From a virus (Duplodnaviria; Heunggongvirae; Uroviricota; Caudoviricetes): a DNA stretch of 64,000 nt. The position numbers and the translations under genes were made by a program. Numbering within the stretch: the stretch's first letter is position 1; each line of letters starts with the position of its first letter. Shown here in pieces: positions 16,782 through 23,576 of the stretch. The notes below the pieces were generated by a model. That model saw nothing but the letters and a program-made list of their open reading frames with translations. It did not search any database and was not told the DNA's origin. The DNA lies in the IMG/VR virus record IMGVR_UViG_3300007177_000114. The stretch is one strand, 5' to 3'.

Positions 16782-17222
16782 ATGGAACAAAAACATAATA
16801 TTGATGATTCTGTGTATATTGAAGCCTACTATAGGTTAAAAACTATCGGTAAAATAGCTCATGAATTGGGCGTACCTGACGTAACAGTATGGAGAAGATG
16901 TAAAAAACTTGGTTTAAGTTTTAAAAATGGTGGGCAAAATAAAGATAAAAGAAGAAATCAAACCAAATTTCTTCTTGAAGATATATTAAATGGATTACAC
17001 CCACAATATCCAACTGTTAAACTTAAAAATAGACTTATTAAAGAAAATAAAATAGAATATAAATGTTCTTTATGTTCCATAAAAGAATGGAATTCGAAAG
17101 AATTAACACTTCATCTAGATCATATAGATGGTAATCCAAAAAATCACAATCTAAATAATTTAAGATTGTTATGTCCTAATTGTCATTCTCAAACTGATAC
17201 ATGGTGTGGTAAAAATAAATAA
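16782..17222 (+). CDS. HNH homing endonuclease
   Basis: C-terminal HLDHIDGNPKNHNLNNLRLLCPNCHSQ (HNH with zinc-ribbon cysteines); ATG at 16782 after AAGGAG. Confidence 0.7.
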   Translation: MEQKHNIDDSVYIEAYYRLKTIGKIAHELGVPDVTVWRRCKKLGLSFKNGGQNKDKRRNQTKFLLEDILNGLHPQYPTVKLKNRLIKENKIEYKCSLCSIKEWNSKELTLHLDHIDGNPKNHNLNNLRLLCPNCHSQTDTWCGKNK

Positions 17223-17223
17223 A

Positions 17224-17315
17224 GGGAGCTGTTCTCTGCGGGTGACTGTAAATCACTTGCCTCAAACAATTGCAGAGTGGTCGGCGGTTAGGTTCAATTC
17301 CTTCAGTTCCCACCA
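17224..17315 (+). other. tRNA-like element: acceptor-like ends, encoded CCA, Tyr-type anticodon hairpin GGTGA-CTGTAAA-TCACT, but degenerate D and T arms
   Basis: Acceptor GGGAGCT/AGTTCCC plus A plus CCA; long-range helix CTCTGC/GCAGAG; T stem only 3 bp. Confidence 0.3.
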
Positions 17316-17375
17316 ATTTAATACTAGACAATGCTATTCTAGTATAGTTAAATATAATTTGAAAAGGTAAATAAA

Positions 17376-17885
17376 ATGAAGACAGTTATTATGGCTACAA
17401 TTATGGCTCTAGGTCTAACTTCTGTTGCGGTTGCCCAGAGTAAAGATACATCTGATCGTGGTTTTTTCCTAGGTGGTCATGTCGGTTCTTTTACCGGTAG
17501 TCAAGACCAAGTTACCATTGGCCTAAATGGTGGATATCAGGTAAATCGTTTCCTCCGTGCCGAACTTACCGCTGAAAATGCATGGAAGCAAAAGACTGGA
17601 TCTGGCACAATGGTATTTGCAAATGTAATACCGCAGTATCGAATTCCAGGAACTACTCTGACACCATATGCAGTTGCAGGTGTTGGTTATGCATTTGATT
17701 CTCTTGGTTCAGTCAAGAATGGTGTTGCTTCACCGGTTTATAATCTAGGTCTTGGAACTCGTGTAGCAATTACGGATCGAATTGATGCTGATCTACGTTG
17801 GCGTAATGTTCGTTCCATGAATACTTCTAATGCCCGTGTACGAGATGATAATATCTTTACTGTGGGTGGGTCTTATAAGTTCTAA
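17376..17885 (+). CDS. outer-membrane beta-barrel protein (OmpA-N/OmpW-like) with signal peptide
   Basis: Signal peptide MKTVIMATIMALGLTSVAVAQ, alternating amphipathic strands, C-terminal GGSYKF aromatic terminus typical of OMPs. Confidence 0.6.
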   Translation: MKTVIMATIMALGLTSVAVAQSKDTSDRGFFLGGHVGSFTGSQDQVTIGLNGGYQVNRFLRAELTAENAWKQKTGSGTMVFANVIPQYRIPGTTLTPYAVAGVGYAFDSLGSVKNGVASPVYNLGLGTRVAITDRIDADLRWRNVRSMNTSNARVRDDNIFTVGGSYKF

Positions 17886-17966
17886 ATAAATATGGGGACG
17901 TGGGATAAACACCCGACAATCCATGTCTTAATGTGAGAAGTGGTAATCTCTCCCACAATATTTTAT

Positions 17967-18042
17967 GGTGACTAGAGTCAGCAAGTGTGGACGGTGGTCT
18001 GTGAAACCATCTAGACGGGAGCAATACCCGTTAGTCACCCCA
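17967..18042 (+). tRNA. tRNA-His(GTG) with extra 5' G(-1)
   Basis: G-1 opposite C73; acceptor GTGACTA/TAGTCAC; anticodon arm GTGGT-CTGTGAA-ACCAT; T arm ACGGG-AGCAATA-CCCGT (atypical loop); CCA encoded. Confidence 0.65.
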
Positions 18043-18129
18043 ATATATACCGGTCCTCGTTTGACCGTCCCGATGATAAGAACAAAGGTCTTTAATATTG
18101 TCGCCGGTATGCTATATTGTTTATAATAC

Positions 18130-18223
18130 GGAAGGTGAACCGGACAGGCGTGCCGGACCGGTCTTGAAAACCGTGGGAACCCTTAAACAAGGTTTGGACT
18201 TCGAGTGTGCCCGCCTTCCGCCA
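18130..18223 (+). tRNA. tRNA-Ser(TGA), class II, imperfect T stem
   Basis: Acceptor GGAAGGT/GCCTTCC plus G plus CCA; D arm CCGG...CCGG; anticodon loop CTTGAAA; variable-arm hairpin with CTTAAAC loop; T loop TTCGAGT. Confidence 0.5.
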
Positions 18224-18240
18224 ATTTTTTTGGATCTATA

Positions 18241-18417
18241 ATGGAAGATATTGAAAAACATATTGACACAAAAGAATTTAATGAATTATTTTGGCAATGG
18301 TTTGATGATCTCCCGATAGATAGACAACGACAGTTTAATTACTACAAATACGATGTAGCCAAAATGAATTTTTATAATACAGAATATCGTTTTAGACTCC
18401 GTGGCTCGAATGTTTAG
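18241..18417 (+). CDS. hypothetical small protein
   Basis: ATG at 18241 (MEDIEKHIDTKEF...) within track ORF 18205..18417. Confidence 0.35.
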   Translation: MEDIEKHIDTKEFNELFWQWFDDLPIDRQRQFNYYKYDVAKMNFYNTEYRFRLRGSNV

Positions 18418-18440
18418 GCAGAGGACTGTTTGGTAAAAAT

Positions 18441-18477
18441 CGAACCTATATAAATAAAAATAAATTATATAGGTTCG
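18441..18477 (+). promoter_or_regulatory. hairpin with late promoter box TATAAATA upstream of the HNH gene
   Basis: CGAACCTATATAAATAAAAATAAATTATATAGGTTCG inverted repeat; TATAAATA at 18449-18456. Confidence 0.5.
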
Positions 18478-18482
18478 ATTAA

Positions 18483-19178
18483 ATGAAAACATGTCCTTTT
18501 TGTTCTAATACCCATAATAAGCCAGGTATATTTTGTTCTAGATCGTGTGCTAACAGTAGAGGCCCTAGATCTGAAAGTTTTAAACTAAAGGTTAGACAAA
18601 AACTTTTAGGTAAAAAACTTTCAGTTGAACATCTTAATAGTTTACCAAGGGGTGATAACCATTTTAAACGAAAAAATAAAAATATACAAAGTTTAAAACC
18701 GTTATATGATGAATGTGAATTTTGTAAATCTACATTTATAAATAAAAAAACTTCAAAGTTTTGTACAAAAAAATGTTGGATGTTACATAACGAATCTTTA
18801 AGAACAGCTTGGGAAGCATATAAAATTAAGTGTAAATTTACATTTAATGTATATGATTACCCAAATTGGTTTAATACATCAATAATTGATGAGTATGGTT
18901 GGTATAGTGCCTCTAATAAAGGTAATAATTTAAATGGTGTGAGTCGTGATCATATGATATCTGTAAGATACGGATTTGAAAATAATATTGATCCAAAAAT
19001 AATATCACATCCTGCTAATTGCAGTCTTGTTAGACATAAAGATAATCAAACTAAAAGAACTAAATGTTCTTTAACATTAGAAGAATTATACAAAAATATT
19101 AAAATGTTTGAGTCTCATTGGCAGAATGGCTATGTATCCGGCTGCAACCCGGAGGATCTGGGTTCGATTCCTAGATGA
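18483..19178 (+). CDS. HNH homing endonuclease with N-terminal zinc-finger-like region
   Basis: CPFCSN...CSRSCANS and GVSRDHMISVRYGF...NCSLVRHKDNQTKRT (HNH); its 3' end runs through the tRNA-Cys gene. Confidence 0.65.
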   Translation: MKTCPFCSNTHNKPGIFCSRSCANSRGPRSESFKLKVRQKLLGKKLSVEHLNSLPRGDNHFKRKNKNIQSLKPLYDECEFCKSTFINKKTSKFCTKKCWMLHNESLRTAWEAYKIKCKFTFNVYDYPNWFNTSIIDEYGWYSASNKGNNLNGVSRDHMISVRYGFENNIDPKIISHPANCSLVRHKDNQTKRTKCSLTLEELYKNIKMFESHWQNGYVSGCNPEDLGSIPR

Positions 19179-19186
19179 GACTCCAC
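19113..19186 (+). tRNA. tRNA-Cys(GCA)
   Basis: Acceptor GTCTCAT/ATGAGAC, anticodon arm TCCGG-CTGCAAC-CCGGA, T arm CTGGG-TTCGATT-CCTAG, T discriminator, CCA encoded. Confidence 0.65.
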
Positions 19187-19224
19187 TTTTTATCTCGGTT
19201 AGAGTCCGGGCGGAGTCTCCAATT

Positions 19225-19644
19225 ATGAAATATATACTTACACTACTATTTGCACTTGTATCTTTTAATGCACTAGCAAATCCGTATCAATATAGAGTTA
19301 TTAGAGTTATAGATGGTGATACAGTAGAATTTGATGCACCATTTCTTCCTGTGGAATTAAAACAGGTCTTAAAACTAAGACTTGTTGATATAGATACACC
19401 AGAGAAAGGTAGTCTAGCTAAATGTCAACAAGAGGTTGTTAAAGCCCAAGCGGCTACCGACTTTACTAAAAGAATGGTTGGTTTTGCTACTAGACATGAA
19501 ATTGTGCTAGATAAATGGGATAAATACGGCGGCAGAGTTCTTGGTGATCTTATTCTTGATGGTAAGAGTCTTAAGAAGATGCTAATAGATGCCGGTTATG
19601 CTGTCCCATATGACGGTGGTAAAAAATCTAGCTGGTGCAAATAA
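19225..19644 (+). CDS. secreted staphylococcal-nuclease (SNase/thermonuclease)-like protein
   Basis: Signal peptide MKYILTLLFALVSFNALA; SNase motifs IRVIDGDT and RLVDIDTPE; GGAG RBS. Confidence 0.75.
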   Translation: MKYILTLLFALVSFNALANPYQYRVIRVIDGDTVEFDAPFLPVELKQVLKLRLVDIDTPEKGSLAKCQQEVVKAQAATDFTKRMVGFATRHEIVLDKWDKYGGRVLGDLILDGKSLKKMLIDAGYAVPYDGGKKSSWCK

Positions 19645-19704
19645 TTGGTTGACAAACCTGCTAAGTGTGGTATAAATATCTTATACTGATTGAGAGGAAG
19701 TTAG

Positions 19705-19860
19705 ATGTCTGACAGTTATTCCATTCAAATGCTTAAAGCTTCTGCTTTTGACCATGAATTGAGAAATGTCATTGACTTGCTGCCAGTAGATCAACAAGAC
19801 GAAGAAGTTCTAATTGTAAAAAATTATTTACTCAAGCGAGTAAAAGAACTTAAGAATTAA
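19705..19860 (+). CDS. hypothetical small protein (51 aa)
   Basis: GAGAGGAAG RBS; TTGACA-N17-TATAAAT promoter at 19650-19679 containing a TATAAATA box. Confidence 0.35.
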   Translation: MSDSYSIQMLKASAFDHELRNVIDLLPVDQQDEEVLIVKNYLLKRVKELKN

Positions 19861-19935
19861 CCGGGTGTAGCTCAGAGGAAGAGCGCTAGTTTTGGGAACT
19901 AGAGGCCGAGATTTCGATACTCTCCATCCGGACCA
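19861..19935 (+). tRNA. tRNA-Pro(TGG)
   Basis: Acceptor CCGGGTG/CATCCGG, D arm GCTC-AGAGGAA-GAGC, anticodon arm CTAGT-TTTGGGA-ACTAG, T arm GAGAT-TTCGATA-CTCTC, CCA. Confidence 0.7.
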
Positions 19936-19940
19936 TTAAT

Positions 19941-20015
19941 GCCAGTGTAGCTCAGAGGCAGAGCAATCCCTTTACACGGGAAAGGTCGGGGTTTCAATAT
20001 CCTCCACTGGTACCA
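19941..20015 (+). tRNA. tRNA-Val(TAC)
   Basis: Acceptor GCCAGTG/CACTGGT, D arm GCTC-AGAGGCA-GAGC, anticodon loop TTTACAC, T loop TTCAATA, CCA. Confidence 0.6.
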
Positions 20016-20032
20016 TATTATGTGAGAAAGTT

Positions 20033-20218
20033 ATGGCAAAAACAGTAGAGATTATTCTATGTAGAACTTGCAAAGGTTCTGGACAAACTTCTTATGATGA
20101 ATGTATTGATTATCATAAAAGAGAATATGATACGATCTATAAAACTTGCTATGTCTGCAAAGGTTCTGGTAGACTTAAACAAACGACAACTGTTGAAATT
20201 GAACCATATTACAATTAA
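20033..20218 (+). CDS. small zinc-ribbon protein (two CxxCxGSG motifs)
   Basis: CRTCKGSGQT ... CYVCKGSGRL; 61 aa. Confidence 0.45.
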   Translation: MAKTVEIILCRTCKGSGQTSYDECIDYHKREYDTIYKTCYVCKGSGRLKQTTTVEIEPYYN

Positions 20219-20222
20219 TTAA

Positions 20223-20298
20223 TGCCGCTTTAGTGTAGATGGTCTGCACGTAAGACTGAAAATCTTGAAGTTGGGGATCGTTACCCCGAGGCGGTACC
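20223..20298 (+). tRNA. tRNA-Phe(GAA)
   Basis: Acceptor GCCGCTT/AGGCGGT, D arm GTGT...GCAC, anticodon arm TAAGA-CTGAAAA-TCTTG, T arm TGGGG-ATCGTTA-CCCCG, CCA. Confidence 0.6.
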
Positions 20299-20314
20299 AA
20301 ATTAGGAAAATCTG

Positions 20315-20500
20315 ATGCAAAATTATCCTGAAGATCCCATTGAAACTATCCGTCGTGCTCGTGAACGAATCTATTGGGAAGCTCAAGATAATGGCGGCCG
20401 CTATACGGATCAACATCATAGTCTGATGCGTGATCCGGTTAAGATGATTGAAGATCAGAAGCTCCGAGACTACTACTACGAAAATGATTATTGGCGATAA
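20315..20500 (+). CDS. hypothetical small protein
   Basis: 61-aa ORF between tRNAs. Confidence 0.35.
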   Translation: MQNYPEDPIETIRRARERIYWEAQDNGGRYTDQHHSLMRDPVKMIEDQKLRDYYYENDYWR

Positions 20501-20501
20501 T

Positions 20502-20576
20502 AGCTCCTTAGCATAATGGCAGTGCAACAGACTTTGAATCTGTAAAGTCCAAGTTCGACTCTTGGAGGGGCTTCCA
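20502..20576 (+). tRNA. tRNA-Gln(TTG)
   Basis: Acceptor AGCTCCT/AGGGGCT, anticodon arm ACAGA-CTTTGAA-TCTGT, T arm CCAAG-TTCGACT-CTTGG, CCA. Confidence 0.7.
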
Positions 20577-20585
20577 ATATTTAAT

Positions 20586-20660
20586 AGGGAAATCATCTAA
20601 CGGCTAAGATCTCAGACTCTGACTCTGATTATACTGGTTCAAATCCAGTTTTCCCTTCCA
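20586..20660 (+). tRNA. tRNA-Gln(CTG)
   Basis: Acceptor AGGGAAA/TTTCCCT, D arm ATCT...AGAT, anticodon arm TCAGA-CTCTGAC-TCTGA, T arm ACTGG-TTCAAAT-CCAGT, CCA. Confidence 0.7.
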
Positions 20661-20664
20661 TTCT

Positions 20665-20739
20665 GCGGATATAATTCAAAGGTAGAATATTTCGTTGCCA
20701 ACGAAATTGTTACCGGTTCGAATCCGGTTATCCGTTCCA
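20665..20739 (+). tRNA. tRNA-Gly(GCC)
   Basis: Acceptor GCGGATA/TATCCGT, D arm ATTC...GAAT, anticodon arm TTTCG-TTGCCAA-CGAAA, T arm ACCGG-TTCGAAT-CCGGT, CCA. Confidence 0.75.
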
Positions 20740-20746
20740 GTCTATG

Positions 20747-20826
20747 CTCCCATAACCACCGATAATACGAATATCGAGTAAGGTAAATGGATGAAAATGC
20801 GGGTTCGAATCCTGCTGGGAGCTCCA
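20747..20826 (+). tRNA. atypical tRNA-like gene (anticodon hairpin reads ACG; no recognisable D arm)
   Basis: Perfect acceptor GCTCCCA/TGGGAGC plus T plus CCA; T arm GCGGG-TTCGAAT-CCTGC; hairpin CGATA-ATACGAA-TATCG; 22 extra nt before the T arm. Confidence 0.35.
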
Positions 20827-20930
20827 CTTTGATAGACAAAAGAACTGCGTCGGTTGTTCTAGACCCTTATGTCCCGTTGCGCAACGTGGGAAGTGATTAA
20901 GTAGAAAGAACTGTCTGTCAAAACTGTTAT

Positions 20931-21008
20931 GCTCGTGTAGCCCAATTGGTAAGAGGCACTAGCCTTAGAAGCTAGGTGTTGCTAGTTCGAATCTAGTCAC
21001 GAGTACCA
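20931..21008 (+). tRNA. tRNA with anticodon TAG (Leu-type codon CUA) but class-I architecture
   Basis: Acceptor GCTCGTG/CACGAGT, anticodon arm CTAGC-CTTAGAA-GCTAG, 5-nt variable region, T arm GCTAG-TTCGAAT-CTAGT, A discriminator, CCA. Confidence 0.55.
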
Positions 21009-21113
21009 ACTTAACCGCAAGCCTGAGTTGGCCACGGGTCGTTTCTTGATAACGTCAACTATATCGGCTCTTAACCGAAGAATATCGTTGACTAATTGGG
21101 CGGTTAACATATC

Positions 21114-21189
21114 GGATCTTTAGCTCAGTTAGTAGAGCATCTGCTCGACACGCAGAAGGTCACTGGGGCGGGACCAGTAAGATCCACCA
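21114..21189 (+). tRNA. tRNA with anticodon loop TCGACAC (GAC, Val-type) and noncanonical T-loop GGCGGGA
   Basis: Perfect acceptor GGATCTT/AAGATCC plus A plus CCA; D arm GCTC-AGTTAGTA-GAGC; T stem ACTGG/CCAGT. Confidence 0.5.
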
Positions 21190-21206
21190 TTTGAGGATGT
21201 ATTATA

Positions 21207-21440
21207 ATGAAAATCATGACGGAAACTGATCTTCAGCTGATACAAAGATGTGATAGACGAGATTGTTGCATTTTTTCTTACGATACAAATCCTCCTTCTT
21301 TTTCTTGTTACGCATCGGAATGCAACAAAGAAAAGAATAGAACCTTAAAATTGTTGAAGTCTAGGAAAGTCTACGACGAAAATAAGAAATACTTCTTTGT
21401 TGGACCTTACTATACTTACGACGAAAATAAAATAGACTAA
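21207..21440 (+). CDS. hypothetical small cysteine-rich protein
   Basis: 77-aa ORF with GAGGATG RBS. Confidence 0.45.
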   Translation: MKIMTETDLQLIQRCDRRDCCIFSYDTNPPSFSCYASECNKEKNRTLKLLKSRKVYDENKKYFFVGPYYTYDENKID

Positions 21441-21442
21441 AT

Positions 21443-21518
21443 GGGGTGTGGGCATGGGTACCCGGATTTCCCTTGCACGGAGATAGCCTGATCGGTTCGA
21501 GTCCGATACATTCCACCA
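21443..21518 (+). tRNA. tRNA, probably Ala(TGC) (G3-U70 present); D and variable regions irregular
   Basis: Acceptor GGGGTGT/ACATTCC with G3-T70, anticodon arm TTTCC-CTTGCAC-GGAGA, T arm ATCGG-TTCGAGT-CCGAT, CCA. Confidence 0.45.
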
Positions 21519-21524
21519 ATATAA

Positions 21525-21600
21525 GGGTCTGTAGCTCAATCGGGAGAGCAATGGCTTGTCAAGCCATAGGTAGCGGGATCAAAACCCGTCAGACTCGCCA
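21525..21600 (+). tRNA. tRNA-Asp(GTC)
   Basis: Acceptor GGGTCTG/CAGACTC, D arm GCTC-AATCGGGA-GAGC, anticodon arm ATGGC-TTGTCAA-GCCAT, T arm GCGGG-ATCAAAA-CCCGT, G discriminator, CCA. Confidence 0.7.
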
Positions 21601-21755
21601 AACTTTTACATTGCATCAAGAACCTTAAGAAGTCATGACTCTTAAGATATTGAAAGCATATTTTCTAGAAATATGTGAGCTTTGAGCCCCGGTAACAAGG
21701 GATGGGTAGAATCGAACTGTGTTATAATACCCAATGTAATGTAAATTAATTTAAT

Positions 21756-21845
21756 GGAATACTAACCGGACAGGTGATGCCGGTCACGCCTGGAAAGCGT
21801 TGAGGACCTAGAAATAGGTTTGTGTTTCGAATATACAGTATTCCG
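21756..21845 (+). tRNA. tRNA-Ser(GGA), class II
   Basis: Acceptor GGAATAC/GTATTCC, D arm ACCG...CGGT, anticodon loop CTGGAAA, variable-arm hairpin ACCT-AGAAAT-AGGT, T arm TGTGT-TTCGAAT-ATACA; no CCA. Confidence 0.6.
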
Positions 21846-21854
21846 CATAAGCAC

Positions 21855-21913
21855 CTCCGTTGTATAAATAGCAATGTCAATAAGACTATTCTACAACGGA
21901 GGGTTAGCGCAAC
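21855..21913 (+). promoter_or_regulatory. RBS-occluding hairpin with late promoter box TATAAATA (21863-21870) upstream of the second GIY-YIG gene
   Basis: CCTCCGTTGTA...TACAACGGAGG stem with compensatory changes relative to 12554..12600; loop AATAGCAATGTCAATAAGACTATT conserved. Confidence 0.55.
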
Positions 21914-22567
21914 ATGCACTATACTATTTATAAAATTACTAATAAGATTAACGGTAACTTTTATATCGGCAAACATAAGACCAAAAATTTAGATGATGGT
22001 TATATGGGTTCTGGTAAACTTATAAAAGCAGCCATAAAAAAATATGGTAAAGAAAATTTTACAAAAGAAATACTTGAATTTTTTGATACTGAAGAAGAAA
22101 TGAATGAAGCCGAAAAAAGATATGTTGTTTTAGGTGAAGGTAGTTATAATATATGTCCCGGTGGCCAAGGTGGTTGGGGTTATATTAATAATAGCGGATT
22201 AAATTGGACCCCAGAAAAAAATAAAAGAATAAGTGGGTTTAAAAACTTTACCCTTGAACAAAGAAGATACTATGCTGTAGTTAATAAATCTCATTTATAT
22301 ATTGAAAAATACCGTGAAAATGTTAAATTAGGATTAGCTAATCCACCAAAAAGACATAGACCTATGTCGGAAGAACATAGAAATAAAATTGGAAAAGCAA
22401 ATTCTATTAAGCAAAAAGGATCATTAAATTCCCAATTTGGAATAAGATTTAAGTGGATGAACAAAAATAATATAAATAAAAAAGTTCCTTTACAAGAAAC
22501 TAATGATTATTTAAGTAATGATTGGGTTTTTGGTAGATCTAAATCCAATTCAACTATGCTGATATAG
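21914..22567 (+). CDS. GIY-YIG homing endonuclease (Seg-like), paralog of 12612..13154
   Basis: HYTIYKITNKINGNFYIGKH; N-terminal 100 aa about 85% identical to the first copy; stop inside the next tRNA. Confidence 0.8.
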   Translation: MHYTIYKITNKINGNFYIGKHKTKNLDDGYMGSGKLIKAAIKKYGKENFTKEILEFFDTEEEMNEAEKRYVVLGEGSYNICPGGQGGWGYINNSGLNWTPEKNKRISGFKNFTLEQRRYYAVVNKSHLYIEKYRENVKLGLANPPKRHRPMSEEHRNKIGKANSIKQKGSLNSQFGIRFKWMNKNNINKKVPLQETNDYLSNDWVFGRSKSNSTMLI

Positions 22568-22634
22568 AACAGTTGGAAGTTTCGCATTCTTGGTAAGAAT
22601 GAGGTCGCTAGTTCGATTCTAGCTATCAGCACCA
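22558..22634 (+). tRNA. tRNA-Thr(GGT)
   Basis: Acceptor GCTGATA/TATCAGC, anticodon arm CATTC-TTGGTAA-GAATG, T arm GCTAG-TTCGATT-CTAGC, CCA. Confidence 0.7.
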
Positions 22635-22635
22635 T

Positions 22636-22712
22636 GCATCTATAGGCCAATTGGTAGAGTCAATGGTTTGAGAGACCATACAGTGCTGGTTCGAATCCAG
22701 TTAGATGCACCA
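22636..22712 (+). tRNA. tRNA with anticodon GAG (Leu-type codon CUC) but class-I architecture
   Basis: Acceptor GCATCTA/TAGATGC perfect, anticodon arm ATGGT-TTGAGAG-ACCAT, 5-nt variable region, T arm GCTGG-TTCGAAT-CCAGT, A discriminator, CCA. Confidence 0.55.
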
Positions 22713-22717
22713 ATAAT

Positions 22718-22808
22718 GGAGAGTAAACCGGGCAGGCGTACCGGACTTCCCTGCTAAGGAATGTGGGCCCTTAAACGGCTTTGTCTTCGACTGACATGCT
22801 CTCCGCCA
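22718..22808 (+). tRNA. tRNA-Ser(GCT), class II
   Basis: Acceptor GGAGAGT/GCTCTCC plus G plus CCA; D arm CCGG...CCGG; anticodon loop CTGCTAA; variable arm with CTTAAAC loop; T arm TGTC-TTCGACT-GACA. Confidence 0.55.
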
Positions 22809-22919
22809 CTAGTTCATGATATAAACTACACTTGCACAACGGTAAGTCTTTTAATGTCGACTATAAAAGAACCCAGCAAGGAAGATAAGGTTTAACAGGC
22901 GAGTTGCCGTCATGAACGT

Positions 22920-23531
22920 TTATAATAAAAACAAGCAAAGTGCTAATGCTACTACAACACCTACAAATATTTCCGCCCATTCTTCGTGTTGATATACTCT
23001 ACTATCGGTAAAACATGATACAAAATTTGGGATTATTGGAAATTTGTGTAACGGTAGTTTCTCTGCTAAAGCATAAGAACTTGCAAATAATAGACTGAAT
23101 ACAGGTAGTAAAACTATCAAATATGGATTAATCAATATTGTAGTTGCTATAAAGAACGGTAAAAATAAAATAAAACCACAAAACGAGAGTCCGGTAAAAT
23201 CCCAGGCTCTCGTATGCTTTATGAGCTTAAACATCTTAGGGAAGAAGTCAATCCATGATGGTGATGCAGGAATTACATGTCTTCCCATTCCCATATATGG
23301 ACCCCAACCAGATAGAATTAAACCTAATACCAAAGCAATAGTTAAAATAGGAAATATCAACCATTCACCGACTAGAAGTGCTACACTAGCACCAAGAAAA
23401 GACATGGTGAGTAATCTAGTAACATTAGTTCCTACATTAAGTTTTAAAAATGTTTTTAATGCACCACCTCTTAATCTCCATACTAATGGTGTAATTAAAA
23501 GAATATAAATAATCGACAAAAATGTTAACAT
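22920..23531 (-). CDS. polytopic integral membrane protein
   Basis: 203 aa with at least 5 hydrophobic spans. Confidence 0.55.
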   Translation of the reverse strand: MLTFLSIIYILLITPLVWRLRGGALKTFLKLNVGTNVTRLLTMSFLGASVALLVGEWLIFPILTIALVLGLILSGWGPYMGMGRHVIPASPSWIDFFPKMFKLIKHTRAWDFTGLSFCGFILFLPFFIATTILINPYLIVLLPVFSLLFASSYALAEKLPLHKFPIIPNFVSCFTDSRVYQHEEWAEIFVGVVVALALCLFLL

Positions 23532-23576
23532 CCATCAACTCCATAAAATTTGATGATATATTTAGGAATTAATGAT

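Noticed and set aside
20219-21976. Track ORFs 20219..20596(-), 20639..20839(-), 21345..21551(-), 21446..21628(+) and 21746..21976(-)
   Set aside because: They lie across well-formed tRNA genes (Phe, Gln, Gly, Ala, Asp, Ser) and regulatory hairpins. They are antisense or overlapping artefacts.
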